Source: Narcine bancroftii (Eukaryota). From it: a stretch of 64,000 nucleotides of DNA. Positions 25,753-38,200 of this stretch are shown here, piece after piece. The notes under the pieces were generated by a model. It searched no databases, was not told where the DNA came from, and worked only from the letters and a program-made list of their open reading frames with translations. The stretch covers positions 206,894,001-206,958,000 of the forward strand of contig NC_091473.1 in NCBI RefSeq assembly GCF_036971445.1. Direction: 5' to 3'. Both the position numbers and the translations under genes were made by a program. Numbering within the stretch: the stretch's first letter is position 1; each line of letters opens with the position of its first letter.

Positions 25753-28700
25753 ATGTCAAAGTTGAAGTTTGCTACTTTTAATGTTCGAGGTTTAAACCAT
25801 CCGATTAAGCATAAACATATTTTGGTGTATATTAAGAAAATGAAAATTTATGTCGCTTTTTTACAAGAAACACCTCTGAATGTCAAGGAAAGTATGAAAT
25901 TGAAAAGGGATTGTGTAGGACATGTATATTCTTCTTCATTTAATTCCAGGGCTAAAGGTGTAGCAATTTTGATACATAAGAATTTATCTTTTGAATTACA
26001 ATCAATGGAGGAAAAGGCAGGTTGTATTCTTAAATTAAATTGTAAGATTTTTAATGAATTCTGGACTCTACTTATTATTTATGCCCCAAATGAAGATGAT
26101 GAAACATTTATTTTTTTATGCATTTTTATATCTGGGTCAAGCTAATGAGAATGTTTTAGTTGGTGGTGATTTCAACTGTGACTTGGAACCATTATTAGAT
26201 AAGTCCCCGAAGAAAGTTAAGAAATCTAAAATGGCGGTTCATGTTCAAGCGTTGATGAAAGATCTCAATTTAGTGGATATTTGGAGACGTCTTAATCCGA
26301 CAGAGAAGGATTTTTCTTTTTATTCAGCTAGACATGAATCGTTTTCAAGGATTGACTTTTTTTTAGTATTGGCACATTTACAGGGGAAAATACGACAAGT
26401 TGAACATAAACATAGGGTGATTTCGGATCATTCTTTGCTGCACTTTACTTATATAACTTCTGAGAAAGTTCAAGTGGCTTATCGTTGGAGATTTAATACA
26501 ATTTTGTTAAACAAATACGGAATTTATTGATTTTTTGAAAGAACATATTAATGTCTTTTTGAAAGAAAATTCTAATTCTGTCCAAAGTAAATTTGTAGTA
26601 TGGGATGCTATGAAAGCTTATTTGAGAGGGCAAATAATTAGTTATACTTCTAAAATGAAAAAGAATCGATTAAATCAGAGTCTTGAATTAGAGAAACGGA
26701 TTAGTGAGTTAGAAAAGGATTTTCAGAGCGACTCTACAGAAGATCAGAAAATAGAATTGTCTATGTTAAAACTGGAATATAATACTTTGCAATCTTATCA
26801 ATTTGAGTGCATGATTAACAGGGCTAAACAACGATATTATGAATGGGGAGAGAAAGCACATAAGTTATTGGCATGGCAATTAAAGAAAGAACAGGTTTCG
26901 AGGACTAATAATGCTGTTAGACGGAATTCGCTTATTACGTATAAACCTCGTGAGATTAATGATGAATTTTGTTCATTTTATAAAATGTTATATACATTTG
27001 ATGGAGAACAAGAAAACGGATCGATTGATCTTTTTTTTATCACAGTTGAACTTACCGACCTTAGAGGATGTAGATATACAGGAGTTGGAAGCACCATTTA
27101 CTGACTCGGAAATTAAGATGGCTATGATGGAAATGCTGAACGGTAAATTGCCTGGTAATGATGGATTTTAGGTCGAAATTTATAAATATTTATACGATGA
27201 CCTCTCTATAGTGTTTGGAGATGTATTACATCAGGTTGGCGAACATTATGAATTACCTGAGTCTTGTTCTAGTGCTTTAATTACGGTAATTCCAAAGAAA
27301 GACAGAGATCCTTTGAAAGTATCTTCATATATACCGATTTCGTTGTTGAATGTAGATTATAAAATTTTAGCCAAAATTTTAGCGAATAGATTGGCTAAGT
27401 TTTTACCTAAGCTGATTCGTATTGATCAAACAGGTTTCATAAAGAACAGATATGCCTCGGATAATATTTTGCATGTGATTAGTTTGATTAATAGATTTCG
27501 ACAATCTCCAGACTATCCGATGGTGATATCTTTAGATGCCGAAAAAGTGTTTGATAGAGTTGAGTGGAATTTTTTGTTCAAAGATTTGGAGAAATTTAAG
27601 TTTGGTCTTTTTTTACTGGTTCAATTAAGGCTTTATATAGTAAACCGGTAGCTAGAGTACTGATGAATGGTTTGATTTAATCTGACCCGATCTACTCATC
27701 AAGGTTGTCCTTTATCACCAGCATTATTTGCGTTAGTGATCGAATCTTTGGCTCAGTTGATAAGACAGAATACACAGATACAGGGTATGAAAGTTTTAGA
27801 TGAGGAATATAAAATTAATTTATTTGCTGATGATGTATTGGTGTACCTGACAAATCCAGCTCAATCACTTTTGCATTTGAAGAAGTGTTTGATGCAATAT
27901 GGGCGTCTTTCTGGATATAAAAATGAAATTTTACCGGTGAGTGAAGAAGATTATTCAGCTTATAAGAATATTCTTAATTTTAAATGGACAGATCGAATTA
28001 AGTATTTCGGTATAATTATGGATGTCCATTATCAATCTTTTTATAAATTAAATTATGTTCCATTAATGAAAAAAATTAAGACTGATTTGATTAAATGGAA
28101 AGATCTACCTATTAATTTATTGGGTAGAATAAGTACAATTAAGATGAATATCTTTCTGCATATACAATATTTATTTCAATCTGTTCCGTATTTACTTGAC
28201 AATATTTTTTTCGAGATTTGACTAAAATGGTTAGGGAGTTTGTCTGGAGAGGTAAATTTTCAAGAGTAGCATTGAATAGATTAACTTGGAAATATGACCG
28301 AGGGGGATTACAGTTGCCACATTTTCGAAATTATTATGAAGCAACCCAATTTAAAGTTATTACTTCATTGTTGGATTTGGAACGTGCCCCTAGTTGTGAC
28401 AAAATCGAGATGGCAAATATTTATGAATTTTAAATACATCAATTTTTGTTTAGGTGGAATGTAAATTTGTTACAGCAACATAATGTGCCTATACTAAAAC
28501 ATTTAATGAAATTATGCACAAAGAAAAAGAAATTGATAGGTTCTAGTGGTGAATTGTCGGTTTTCACTCCATTGTATAATAATCAACTTATTCCTTTCTC
28601 AATACATAATCAGAGTTTATTACATTGGAGATTAAAAATTTGGGAGATTGTTTTAAAGATGGTAAATTTTTATCTTTTGATCAGTTGAGGGACAGTTACG

Positions 28701-29482
28701 GTATTGATAAGAATTCTTTGTTTCTTTATTATCAAATTCGATCTTTGGTAAAGCATGTGTTTGGTAGAGATATGTTTTTACCTGAAAATACTAAATTTGA
28801 GATTTTTCTTATGAAGGTACCAGAGAAGGGGTATATTTCAGTTATGTATCAAATATTACAGGATGGTATGGATAAAAAGGGTTGGGATAAATCTAAAGGT
28901 AAATGGGAAGTGGAGATTGGTTTTATTTTTTCTGAAGATGATTGGTCAGATATTTGTTATGATGCTGTAACTAGACTGATAAATGCACGCTATGCAATGA
29001 TTAATTATAACTTATTACATCAATTATTCTTAACACCTGAATAACTAAAAAAATATGGTTTTCATGAATCAGATTTGTGTTTTAGATGTGGTAACGCAGT
29101 TGGAACTTTTTTTCATGCGGTTTGGTCATGTATACATATACAATCTTTTTGGAAGAATATTCAATTGTTTTTAGAATACCTGTATAAGATTAAAATACCT
29201 TTAGATCCGACAGTATTTTTATTGGGTAGTTTGCAGCCTTTGCAAGGTCTGGGATTAGATAAATTTCAACTTGCTTTTGTACATTTAGCATTATCTGTAG
29301 CAAAACAATGTATTGCTAGTGCGTGGAAGGGTACTAATATGATTGATATTAAAAGGTGGCATAATGAGATGAAATATTGTTTAATAATGGAAAAAATTAC
29401 ATATGTTTCGCGTGATCATTATAATTTCTTTGTTAATAAGTGGTTTTTATATTCAGAATATTTACATTTTGATTTACATTGA
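25753..29482 (+). pseudogene. L1 ORF2 (endonuclease-RT-Cys-rich)
   Basis: TFNVRGL, FLQET, GGDFN, SRIDFFL, ISDH, ISLLNVDYKILAK, SLDAEK, LFADDVLVYL and CFRC..GTFFHAVWSC. Multiple frameshifts and stops. Confidence 0.92.
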
Positions 29483-30530
29483 TTAGATTTTAATATGTAT
29501 GCTTCATTTTTCTTTAATTTTTTTTTCTTCTTTTTATGGCTCTCCTTAGGAGAGTTGGCTGAAGGGGGTTCTTCTATTTGTTTTCTCTTTTATTTTATAT
29601 ATATATAATATAAAATGTAATGTTAATGTTTATGTTTACTTGATTGTTATATATGTTACTTATTACCTGTATATTGAACGAATAAATAAAGTTTTTTTAA
29701 AAAAACTATGTCCATATTGACATTGTAGAATCGCTACCAGTCTCCTATGGGACGGGATACTTCCTCACAATGATTGACCTCTCAGCGAGGTAGCCGGAAT
29801 TGGTCCCACTGGCCAAAACCACTGTCAGACCTTCATCAAGGCACTGATTAACACCTGAGTGTCGGGATTCAGAGTCCCGGAGCATTTAATTTCTCATAGA
29901 GGTATACTGTTCACTTCGGAACTCTGAGCAGAACTGGCCAGGTTGCTGAGAACCAGCACCACCACACCATGGTGTACCACCCTCAGGCTCACAGGTTGAT
30001 GGAGAGGTTTCACAGGCGCCTAAAGGCGGCATTGATGGTTGGGCTCAAGGGGCCAAACTGAACAGATGAGCTACCCGGGTCCTGTTGGGAATTCGCACCA
30101 TGCTGAAAGAAGATTTCAACGTTTCAGCAGCCGAGATGGGTTACGGCGTGCTGTTGGTCATATCAGAGTGCTTCACGGCCGCCGCCAAGGGCCAAAGGAC
30201 TCGACAGCCTCATTGACAAAATTAGGTAAACACTGGGTACTCTATAATTTACCTCCGCATCCTCCGCCATACGGCCAGACAAAGTTCACTTAACATCTCT
30301 CGAATATCACTATCCATGGGGGAAATTATCAACAGTAAAATAGCAAACAAACCTGCACATCTTTTGGGTGTTAGAGGAAAAAAAGAGCACCAGTTCAAAC
30401 TGAAATGTCACTAATAAAACGGGATATAGGATACTTAATAATGATCCTGCTTTATCAAGTCAGATGGCAACACTTTCCCAACTCCAACTATTCTCTGACT
30501 GAAAGGGACCCTCCTAATGTTCGCCTAAAC

Positions 30531-32139
30531 CACACATGTCAAACTCTGCCCCGCAGGCCAACTTTGGTCCGCGATGTAATTATATTTGGCCCACAAGATC
30601 ATATCAAAAATGTATTAGAGGTGGCCCGCTGGCCGCCGCGCCAGTATAGCGCATGCACAGTAACCGCTGTGTCCCAGGGTGAGAGAGAGAGAGAAAAATC
30701 CTGGTCCTTGAAAAGTAGTGGTGGGTGGTTTTATAAACACGCTGTCGTGTCCCCCGCCCACCTCCCCCCCCCCCGCCCCCCCACCCGCCCCACGCCCCCC
30801 TCCCCCCACCGCAGCGCAGCCTGGCCGGTGTCAGGGGAAGCCAAGGCCGCTTCCCAGCGCCCACAACCCCAGTGGCACAGCGTTTCTTGGAGCTGCAGAT
30901 GGAGTGGGACGCCGGAGGGAAGATTGGGGCTCCCCGCCGGGCGATGGGGGCGCCGGCCGCCGGCCGCCCTGCTCCTTCCCACCGGAGCAGCGGCGGGTGT
31001 CCGGAGTACACGTGGAGAGCGAGGCTGGTCGGGGAGGTAGGTTGGAAGCCCCCGTCAATCTCGGGAGTGGCGTGGGCTGGATCGGGATTAGCCGTGCTCA
31101 CCTGCTCCTCCACCGCTGACCGGGATCCCAGCGCGGTCCTGAGCGCGGAGACTGCCCTGGAAAGTTCCTGGGACACCGGCACGGAAAGAAAAGGGGGTCC
31201 GGGAGAAACTCAGCAGGTCAAAGGGGGATCCGAGATAAACTCAGCAGGTCAAGGGGGAGGGGCCCGGGACAAACTCAGAAGGTCAAGGGGAGGAGGTCCG
31301 GGAGAAACTCAGCAGGTCAAGGGAGGTCCGGGAGAAACTCAGCAGGTCAAGGGAGGTCCAGGAGAAACTCAGCTGGTCAAGGGGGGTCTGGCAGAAACTC
31401 AGGGGGGCCTGACCTCGCCAGGACCGTTGCCCACTCCCCCTGCCTGCCGCAGGCCGACCCGCAACTCACGGTGACGGGGCCACTGATCGCCGAGATGCCA
31501 CCCTGCAGCGAGAGCGGATGCCCCCGCACTGTCGTTGTCCAACCCGACCACCCGCAAACCCCGCCCTCCCGCACACAGGCCTGAGTAAGTATTATGAACT
31601 TTAATCTCAGGATAAAAGGATCTTCCAATAGTTTCATGTCACAGTGATAAATATATTCCTGGTTAAAAATGGTCCTGCACCTGGATACAAGCTCATTAGG
31701 CATAAAACTTGAAAAGTGTGTAAATCAAAAGATATCTGTACCAATGGAAAAAGGGCATGGCAAATAACCATGCTAGAGTTCATGCCCACAATCAGTCACC
31801 CATTTGATTGTTTCAGGAATCATGTTATTCTCCCACCTTCTCAATAGCCCTCAGATTTTACTATTCGACAGCACACTAGCAACATTTGACAAATCCTCTA
31901 TAGAGAAATATTATTTATTGAATATTTTATTTCTCATTTGTTCATGCTTCTGGAAAGAGTTTATCCAAAACTATTATTAAACATTAATTTTAATAAGAAA
32001 AAGTTTAACATTACATATGTTGAAAGAAGAGAAAACATGCAGGTGTTTTTGAAAATTTTCAATAAATATTTAGTTCGGCCCTCGACTTAGTCCAAGTTTT
32101 TAATTTTGGCCCTCGGTGAATTTGAGTTTGACACCCCTG
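30531..32139. mobile_element. Non-autonomous hAT (Charlie-like) DNA transposon with GC/CpG-rich interior
   Basis: Termini CACACATGTCAAACTC and GAGTTTGACACCCCTG, with subterminal GGCCC repeats. 8-bp TSD GCCTAAAC (30523-30530) versus CCCTAAAC (32140-32147). No transposase. Confidence 0.8.
31193..31405 (+). repeat. Minisatellite, about 30-bp unit GGGAGGTCCGGGAGAAACTCAGCAGGTCAA, about 7 copies
   Basis: Directly visible tandem units inside the hAT element. Confidence 0.9.
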
Positions 32140-32249
32140 CCCTAAACCTTTCACCTTTCACACTGAAGCCATGTTCTCTCGTATTTATCTCTCATAATCA
32201 AAGTGGTGAGCCTACTCGCATTTACTCTCTCCATTGCTCTCATAACTTT

Positions 32250-33990
32250 GTAACTGTTTACCCTATTTTGAATATTTTTATTGTATTTTACAGACGTAGT
32301 ACCTATGTAAAAGCCATTCATTAAAAGTAAAATATAAAAAAATAAACAAAATGTTACATAAGAAAATTAAAACTATTAAATATAATATCATGGTCAAACA
32401 GCAAAAGTAGCTAACTCTTAAACAATTACAACATATGGCCCATTGAAAAAGATTTTTTAAACTCTTATACTATGCTACAAAGTCTAGCCTTTCCCTTCTG
32501 AGGTTATCTGGTAAGTACATACAATTTAACAACCATTACAAGAAATTAAATATTCACAAAGCAAGAAGATCCAACTGAAATTATAAATTGTGAAAATATT
32601 TGATAAAATGACCACATAAACTTTGAAAATTTAAATCCGTTGCAGTCGAAGAATATCTATTTTTTTACACACCATTAGACATACTATCACATCGAATAGC
32701 CATTTTGTATAAGTAGGAGAGATACATATATCCATCTCATCAACGTTAAACATTCAGCAATAAGGGAGGAAAAAATTCAAATTTGAGTTGATCCGAAAAA
32801 GGGAAATTATAGTAATCGGTATCAGATTCACATTGAGAACTAATGGTTACGGTACAAAAGTTAATTTTACAAAAATGGAAATTGAGCCACAAGACCAAAA
32901 CTTATGTAACAAAGTACCTTCATCAGTCTTACACTGTCACATTTCAAGGAAATATTACAGTAAAATTTAACCAATTGAACTTTAGAAAAGTAAGCTGGAT
33001 GTGTTACCTTAAATTGTAAAAGTTAATGTCGGGAGCACAATGAAGTTGAATTTACCAATTCTAAGATGGAATCCAATGCAGTATCCGAAAATGAAAGCTG
33101 AAGATATTGATCCCATAATTTTTTTTTATCTTATCTTTGGAATTATCCCTAGACTTTAAACATACACGATACATAGATTATATCAACTTGTTTTTATTCG
33201 GTTTAAAATCATAGTTCATCCCTATCCTATTTGAGGAAACCTAAAACTACAAACACAAAAGGCCTAATTTGTAGGTATTTAAAGAAATTATGTATGGGAA
33301 GTTTAGATTCCAAGATAATTTTTGAGTTGAAGATAAATTATTATCAATAAATAAATAAATGTTGAAAATATTGGATACACAACTTAAGCTATTCATGAAA
33401 AGCAGAGTCTAATACAAAAGGTGAAAAGACGAATTAAGTAATATAGAGCTAGAAAGTAAAATTATATGATATCCAAAATAAATCGACAAAATTAAACCAG
33501 ATTCTTAAAATATGCTGAAGAACACAATTATCGGATAATTCAGAAGCAGAAAATTTGTTATGGTGTTCCATTACGAAATAAGAGAATATTTGTACTCGAG
33601 TTCATTTCTAAGTTAATACAATTTTAAGTGTCCATTCAAAAAAATATATACATCTAATATTAGCTGACAAAATTTAGCGAATTTCAATTTGCCTTTCATT
33701 TTAAGGTTTTGAAGGAAACATTATTTTTTTCCAAATATATGAGGATATAACTAAGTCAAGTGAATTAAAAATATTTTTTTCGAGCAAGAACAGTGTCAGC
33801 TTGGAAACAATATAAAATCGTGTGTTAAATATTCATCTGAATAACATTAATTTTTCAATTAAACACATCAAGAGAGGAGACCACTGAGCTAAAAACTTTT
33901 TTAAAAATACTTCATTAAAGTAAAAAAATTATCTTCAAACAAATTATGATAATTTTCGTAATAATAACTTCTAGTTATAAACCTTGCTCT
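32250..33990 (-). mobile_element. Heavily decayed L1-like ORF2 3' fragment
   Basis: AT-rich minus-strand remnants of the post-RT region (YLGI/N..PL-like stretch near 33880-33980). No intact ORF. Confidence 0.5.
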
Positions 33991-35269
33991 TTAACTATTT
34001 TTAAAGGACAGGTGGTACCTATAGAGCCAGGCATATTCAATACAAACTACTCGCTTTTCTGAAGATTTAGTTTAACCTGAAAAATGACCAGATTGGTGAA
34101 GCAGTGGCAGAATGGATGTATTCGAACTTTCAGAGTCTGCAATATACAACATGCAAAGATCCGCATGTAAAGAAACCTTATGAATGCTCTGACCTCTTAT
34201 GATTCCAGAGATATAATTAGATTGCCGAAAGGGCACGGCTAATGGTTCTCATGCCAAATTAAATAGTAACGGGCTAAGAGGATAACCTTGCCAGTAACCC
34301 TATATCAAATCTCTCCTCATTCTTCTACGCTGAAAGGAATAAATTCCCAACCTCTTTAATCTTCCTCTATAATTCACTCATGAAGACCCGGCAATATCCT
34401 AGTCAAACTTATCCGCACTCATTCGATCTTACTAATATCCTTTATGTAATTTGGCGACCACATCTGCACACGACACTCCAAATTTGGCCTCCTGTATTCT
34501 TCTTGTTGCATTCATTACACCTATGCCAAATCCATTATGGTAATTGCAGTTCTCAGTGCAGTATGTCTGGAATCTGCAGTTTGAGAATCTCCCTAGGAAT
34601 ATCAGTAAAACGCATGAAGATCTAGTAATTCAAATAAAAATAGGACATGCCGGAAATACTCATTAGGTCAGACTGCATCTATGGAAAATAAAACAGATTT
34701 AATGTTCCAGTTCAAATGCAGGTCTTTAAAATTTGGAAGAAGAGTGAGGAGACTTATTCAGAGGAGACTTATTGTCGCTGAATGAGAAAAACCGTGTTAC
34801 ATGGAAGTAAACTGTAAACAAGGTTTTCTGGTCAATTTGTGAATGGGGATGCGAGTTAGAGAATGACTGCATGAATGTACTTCTGAATAACATAAGAGGA
34901 TGTCGTGCATTTTAAGGCAGACACGGAATGTTGGCTCTTCTGGACCAAAGAAGGAAAATCAAAACAAAGCACTACATCAGTGAGGAAACAGTATAATATG
35001 TCGAACAGAGGATGCAATAGCTTGGAATTGCTGCATTTGATTGTCGTTGTATGGCAATTAGTGTGATTCTGAAATTGTGTTATTTTGAATATTGGACGGT
35101 ATGGTTAGGGGATGAGGAACAGTCTTTAATGGAGGGTGTCTGTTCACTCTTATTATAATATTACTGGATTTTAAAACTTTGTACTCTCTTGAGCACACAG
35201 GTCTCCAAGAAGGGTTGTTACACAGCTGCTTCATTCAGCTGGATAATGTAGAAAAAATGGATTCAAATT

Positions 35270-38200
35270 TTGAATATTTATTTATGAATTTCCAAACTTA
35301 GACTCAAACAGTTATCAACATTATCAGTGTCAATATTAACATATGAGCATTGACTACCGTTTACAATTGTCAATTTTATGCACTTTTATGCAGAATTCAT
35401 GCTCATTTCGTACCCCTGATACCAACCACCCACATTTAACACTTAACACTTAATTAACCTCAGTTGCACACACATACAAGATACTAACATCAAAAGTATG
35501 AGACATATATCAGGGTTTTATGGGTATATAGCGACACAGCAGCGAGTGCTCAGGCTGTTTTATTTTATTTTATTGACTTTTCCTGGTTGGGATGGGATGG
35601 AAGTCCTTATCCCCACCGATTGAGGGGTAGATGGAGTAGGTAGGGCAGCGAGGCGCAATGGTGCACACTATAATTGTGCTCTATGGAATGGTTGCCAAAT
35701 TTTCAAAAAAGTGTTATATTTGTTTCTTAAGTAATTTACTCCTGGGGAACATGGCTTTGCATTTTTATGTTCAGGCGAAAAATGCTTAGACAGGATTCGG
35801 ATGCCAGGTAACTGCTATGAGCTTTCTTGCCATTTCCAGTGCGATCATTACTAATTGGAATACAAATTTGGACTAGTTAATTTTAAGTCATATGTCCATT
35901 ATGTTTCCCAACAGGAACAACTCTGGGTCCTACGGAATTCTTTACCTATAATTTTTCTAGGACTTGTCGATTTCCACCCAGAAGTGTCTCACCTTAGTAC
36001 ATATAGAGGCTGCGTGCACAAAGGTTCTTGTCTCAATGCTACATCGAAAGCATTAGTCTGACAATTCTTGTTTAGATCTGTTCAATTATTGTGGCATCAG
36101 GAACGGTTCATGTAGAAAGTTGTCTTGAACCAGCTTTTACCACGCATTAATGATTGTAGTCATACTAATCTGACACAGTCGGACAAGCAACACAAATGAA
36201 TTGTTATTCCTAAGTCTGACTCCCATCTCTGCCTTGATTTCTGAAGGCCTGGTTTAGGTCTTTGCATTTGTAGCAAGAAATACATTGCACAAATGAACTG
36301 CCATTTTCCCCCCTTCGAATTGGGGTTCCTATGTCACTGCACGTTGGTTGGTCCATAGTTGGGCCAAATTTGTACTGCAGAAAATATATTATCTGTGAGT
36401 AGCAGAGTAACGTCTTATTTCGTAAATAATAATAATGTCTGAGTTGTTCAAATTATATTAGAAGTCCCCGCTTGTAACAGTCTTCTATGAACCTGATGCC
36501 ATTATGACATCAGGTGCCCAGGATCTTCCTACCTATCGCCAATGGTATTAATCTATTTAGAGTCAGGGGTATTTTGCAGGACAGCCGAGATATTGGATAA
36601 TTTTATTCCAAATTAAGTTAATTTGTTTTACTATTGGGCTGTCTGTTTTCCAAAATAACGTTGCAGTGTTCCATTTATAAATAAAAGTCCTCTGCTACCT
36701 TCTCACCCACCTCGTGCAGATCAATTTGTGCCCAGGATAGTGCACCTCACCCTTCAAAAAATGAGTCGATGTATCTCGACTGCGCAGCCAAGTAGTATTT
36801 CTTGAAGTCTGGCATTCGTCATCCTCCCAGACTGCAATCCCTGATCAATGTTTCCATAGAAACCCTGCCTACCGTTCCAATCCAGAAAAATGTGTATTAT
36901 TCGTGAGAGCATATTTTGAATATTTCCCGAGGTAAGTTCACGGGCAGTGTTTTGAAGAGATACTGAAGTCTCGGCAACACATTTATTTGAACACAGTTAA
37001 CCCTGCCCACTAAGGTTATGGATAGGAATAACCATCGATTAAAATCTTCCTCAATACTCTCAAGCAGGGGGATATAATTTAGTTCATATGTATTATTCAC
37101 GTTATTATCTATTCTGACCCCTAAATATTTTAACCCATTTTGTGAACACTTTAAAGAACTGTTTTCTTGATATTGATTGTAATTCCCTCTTAGAAAGTGG
37201 AATGGTTTCGCTCTTGTCCAAATTGACCTCATTGCTGGAGATCTCCCCATAGTCCTCCAGAGTAGAGTGCATCTTTGACAACGACTTTGTTGGGCCTGTC
37301 AGATATATCAGTATGTCATCGACAAATAAATTGATTTTATATTTTTCCTGGCCTGATCTAAAACACGATGTCTGGATCTTTGGAAATGACTTTGGCTAAT
37401 GGCTCCATGGTGACTACGAATATGGCTGGATGTAGCTGGTGCCATTGTCTACTTGATATTGCCAGTGGGAAAGCTGTAAAAATTTGTTGGTCAGCACTTT
37501 AGCTTTGAGGGCATGGTACAATGCCCTTATCCAATTTATAACTCCAACTTTTCCAGCACTTAAAAGTTTTAAAAATCCCACTCTAATCTGTCAAATGCCT
37601 TTTCCGCCTCCAGGGTATCAGCTAAACCCCTCTCGTTTCTGGTTTGCGAAAGATGCATTATACTCAACAGTATGACATTGTTCATCGGTCTCCTGTCCTT
37701 TTTTTTGCACAAACCCCGATAGATCTTTATTTATTAGTTTTGGCAATTTTTCACCCATCTATTTGCCAAGGGTTTGGCAATTTCTTATAATCTGTATTTA
37801 ACAGTGAAATAGACGATAACAAAATGGCGTTCGTAGATCTTTGTCATTTTTAGGTATTGTGGAAAAGCATTCCGGGAGGGTATGGGTCTCCATTGCATAA
37901 ATATATCCTAAAATTCCTTATATAACTCAGTAACCCTTGAGACATGTTAGTATGCAGCAAATTCAATGCTTCTCCATCTAATCTTCCATGAAGGGAAGAT
38001 CTAGGCCTTCCAGTTCTTCTGGGTCTAAATTTGGTGACTAGTTTAGACAGGAACTTACTAACTTTACTGTACGTCCCAGTCAATTCTGATTTATATAAAC
38101 CTTCGTATTGTCCCATATGAATATTTTTTTTCTAAAGTAGAGGTACAGTTGGCCTCACAGAAAATATCCATCTGTGCTCTTATGAAATGGCAAAACTCCG

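Larger units (their letters stand above)
23875..29705 (+). mobile_element. Full-length L1-clade LINE, disabled
   Basis: 5' UTR, ORF1, T-rich spacer, ORF2, 3' UTR with AATAAATAAA at 29681 and a short A tail. Confidence 0.93.
22270..30290 (+). mobile_element. Decayed Gypsy pol relic (RT-RNase H-integrase), split by the L1 insertion
   Basis: RNase H remnants (DTTGTAVG, GRQFRIFMDHK, SEFTTDIKHIKGKSNV) at 22594-23211. Integrase resumes after the L1 (VHIDIV near 29710, YHPQAHRLMERFHRRLK near 29975). Confidence 0.8.

Noticed and set aside
31193-31405. Repeat array superficially like CRISPR
   Set aside because: Head-to-tail units without unique spacers, in a vertebrate context.
30405-31474. Several 130-211-aa overlapping ORFs
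   Set aside because: Low-complexity products of GC-rich, stop-poor DNA inside a non-autonomous transposon. No domain motifs.
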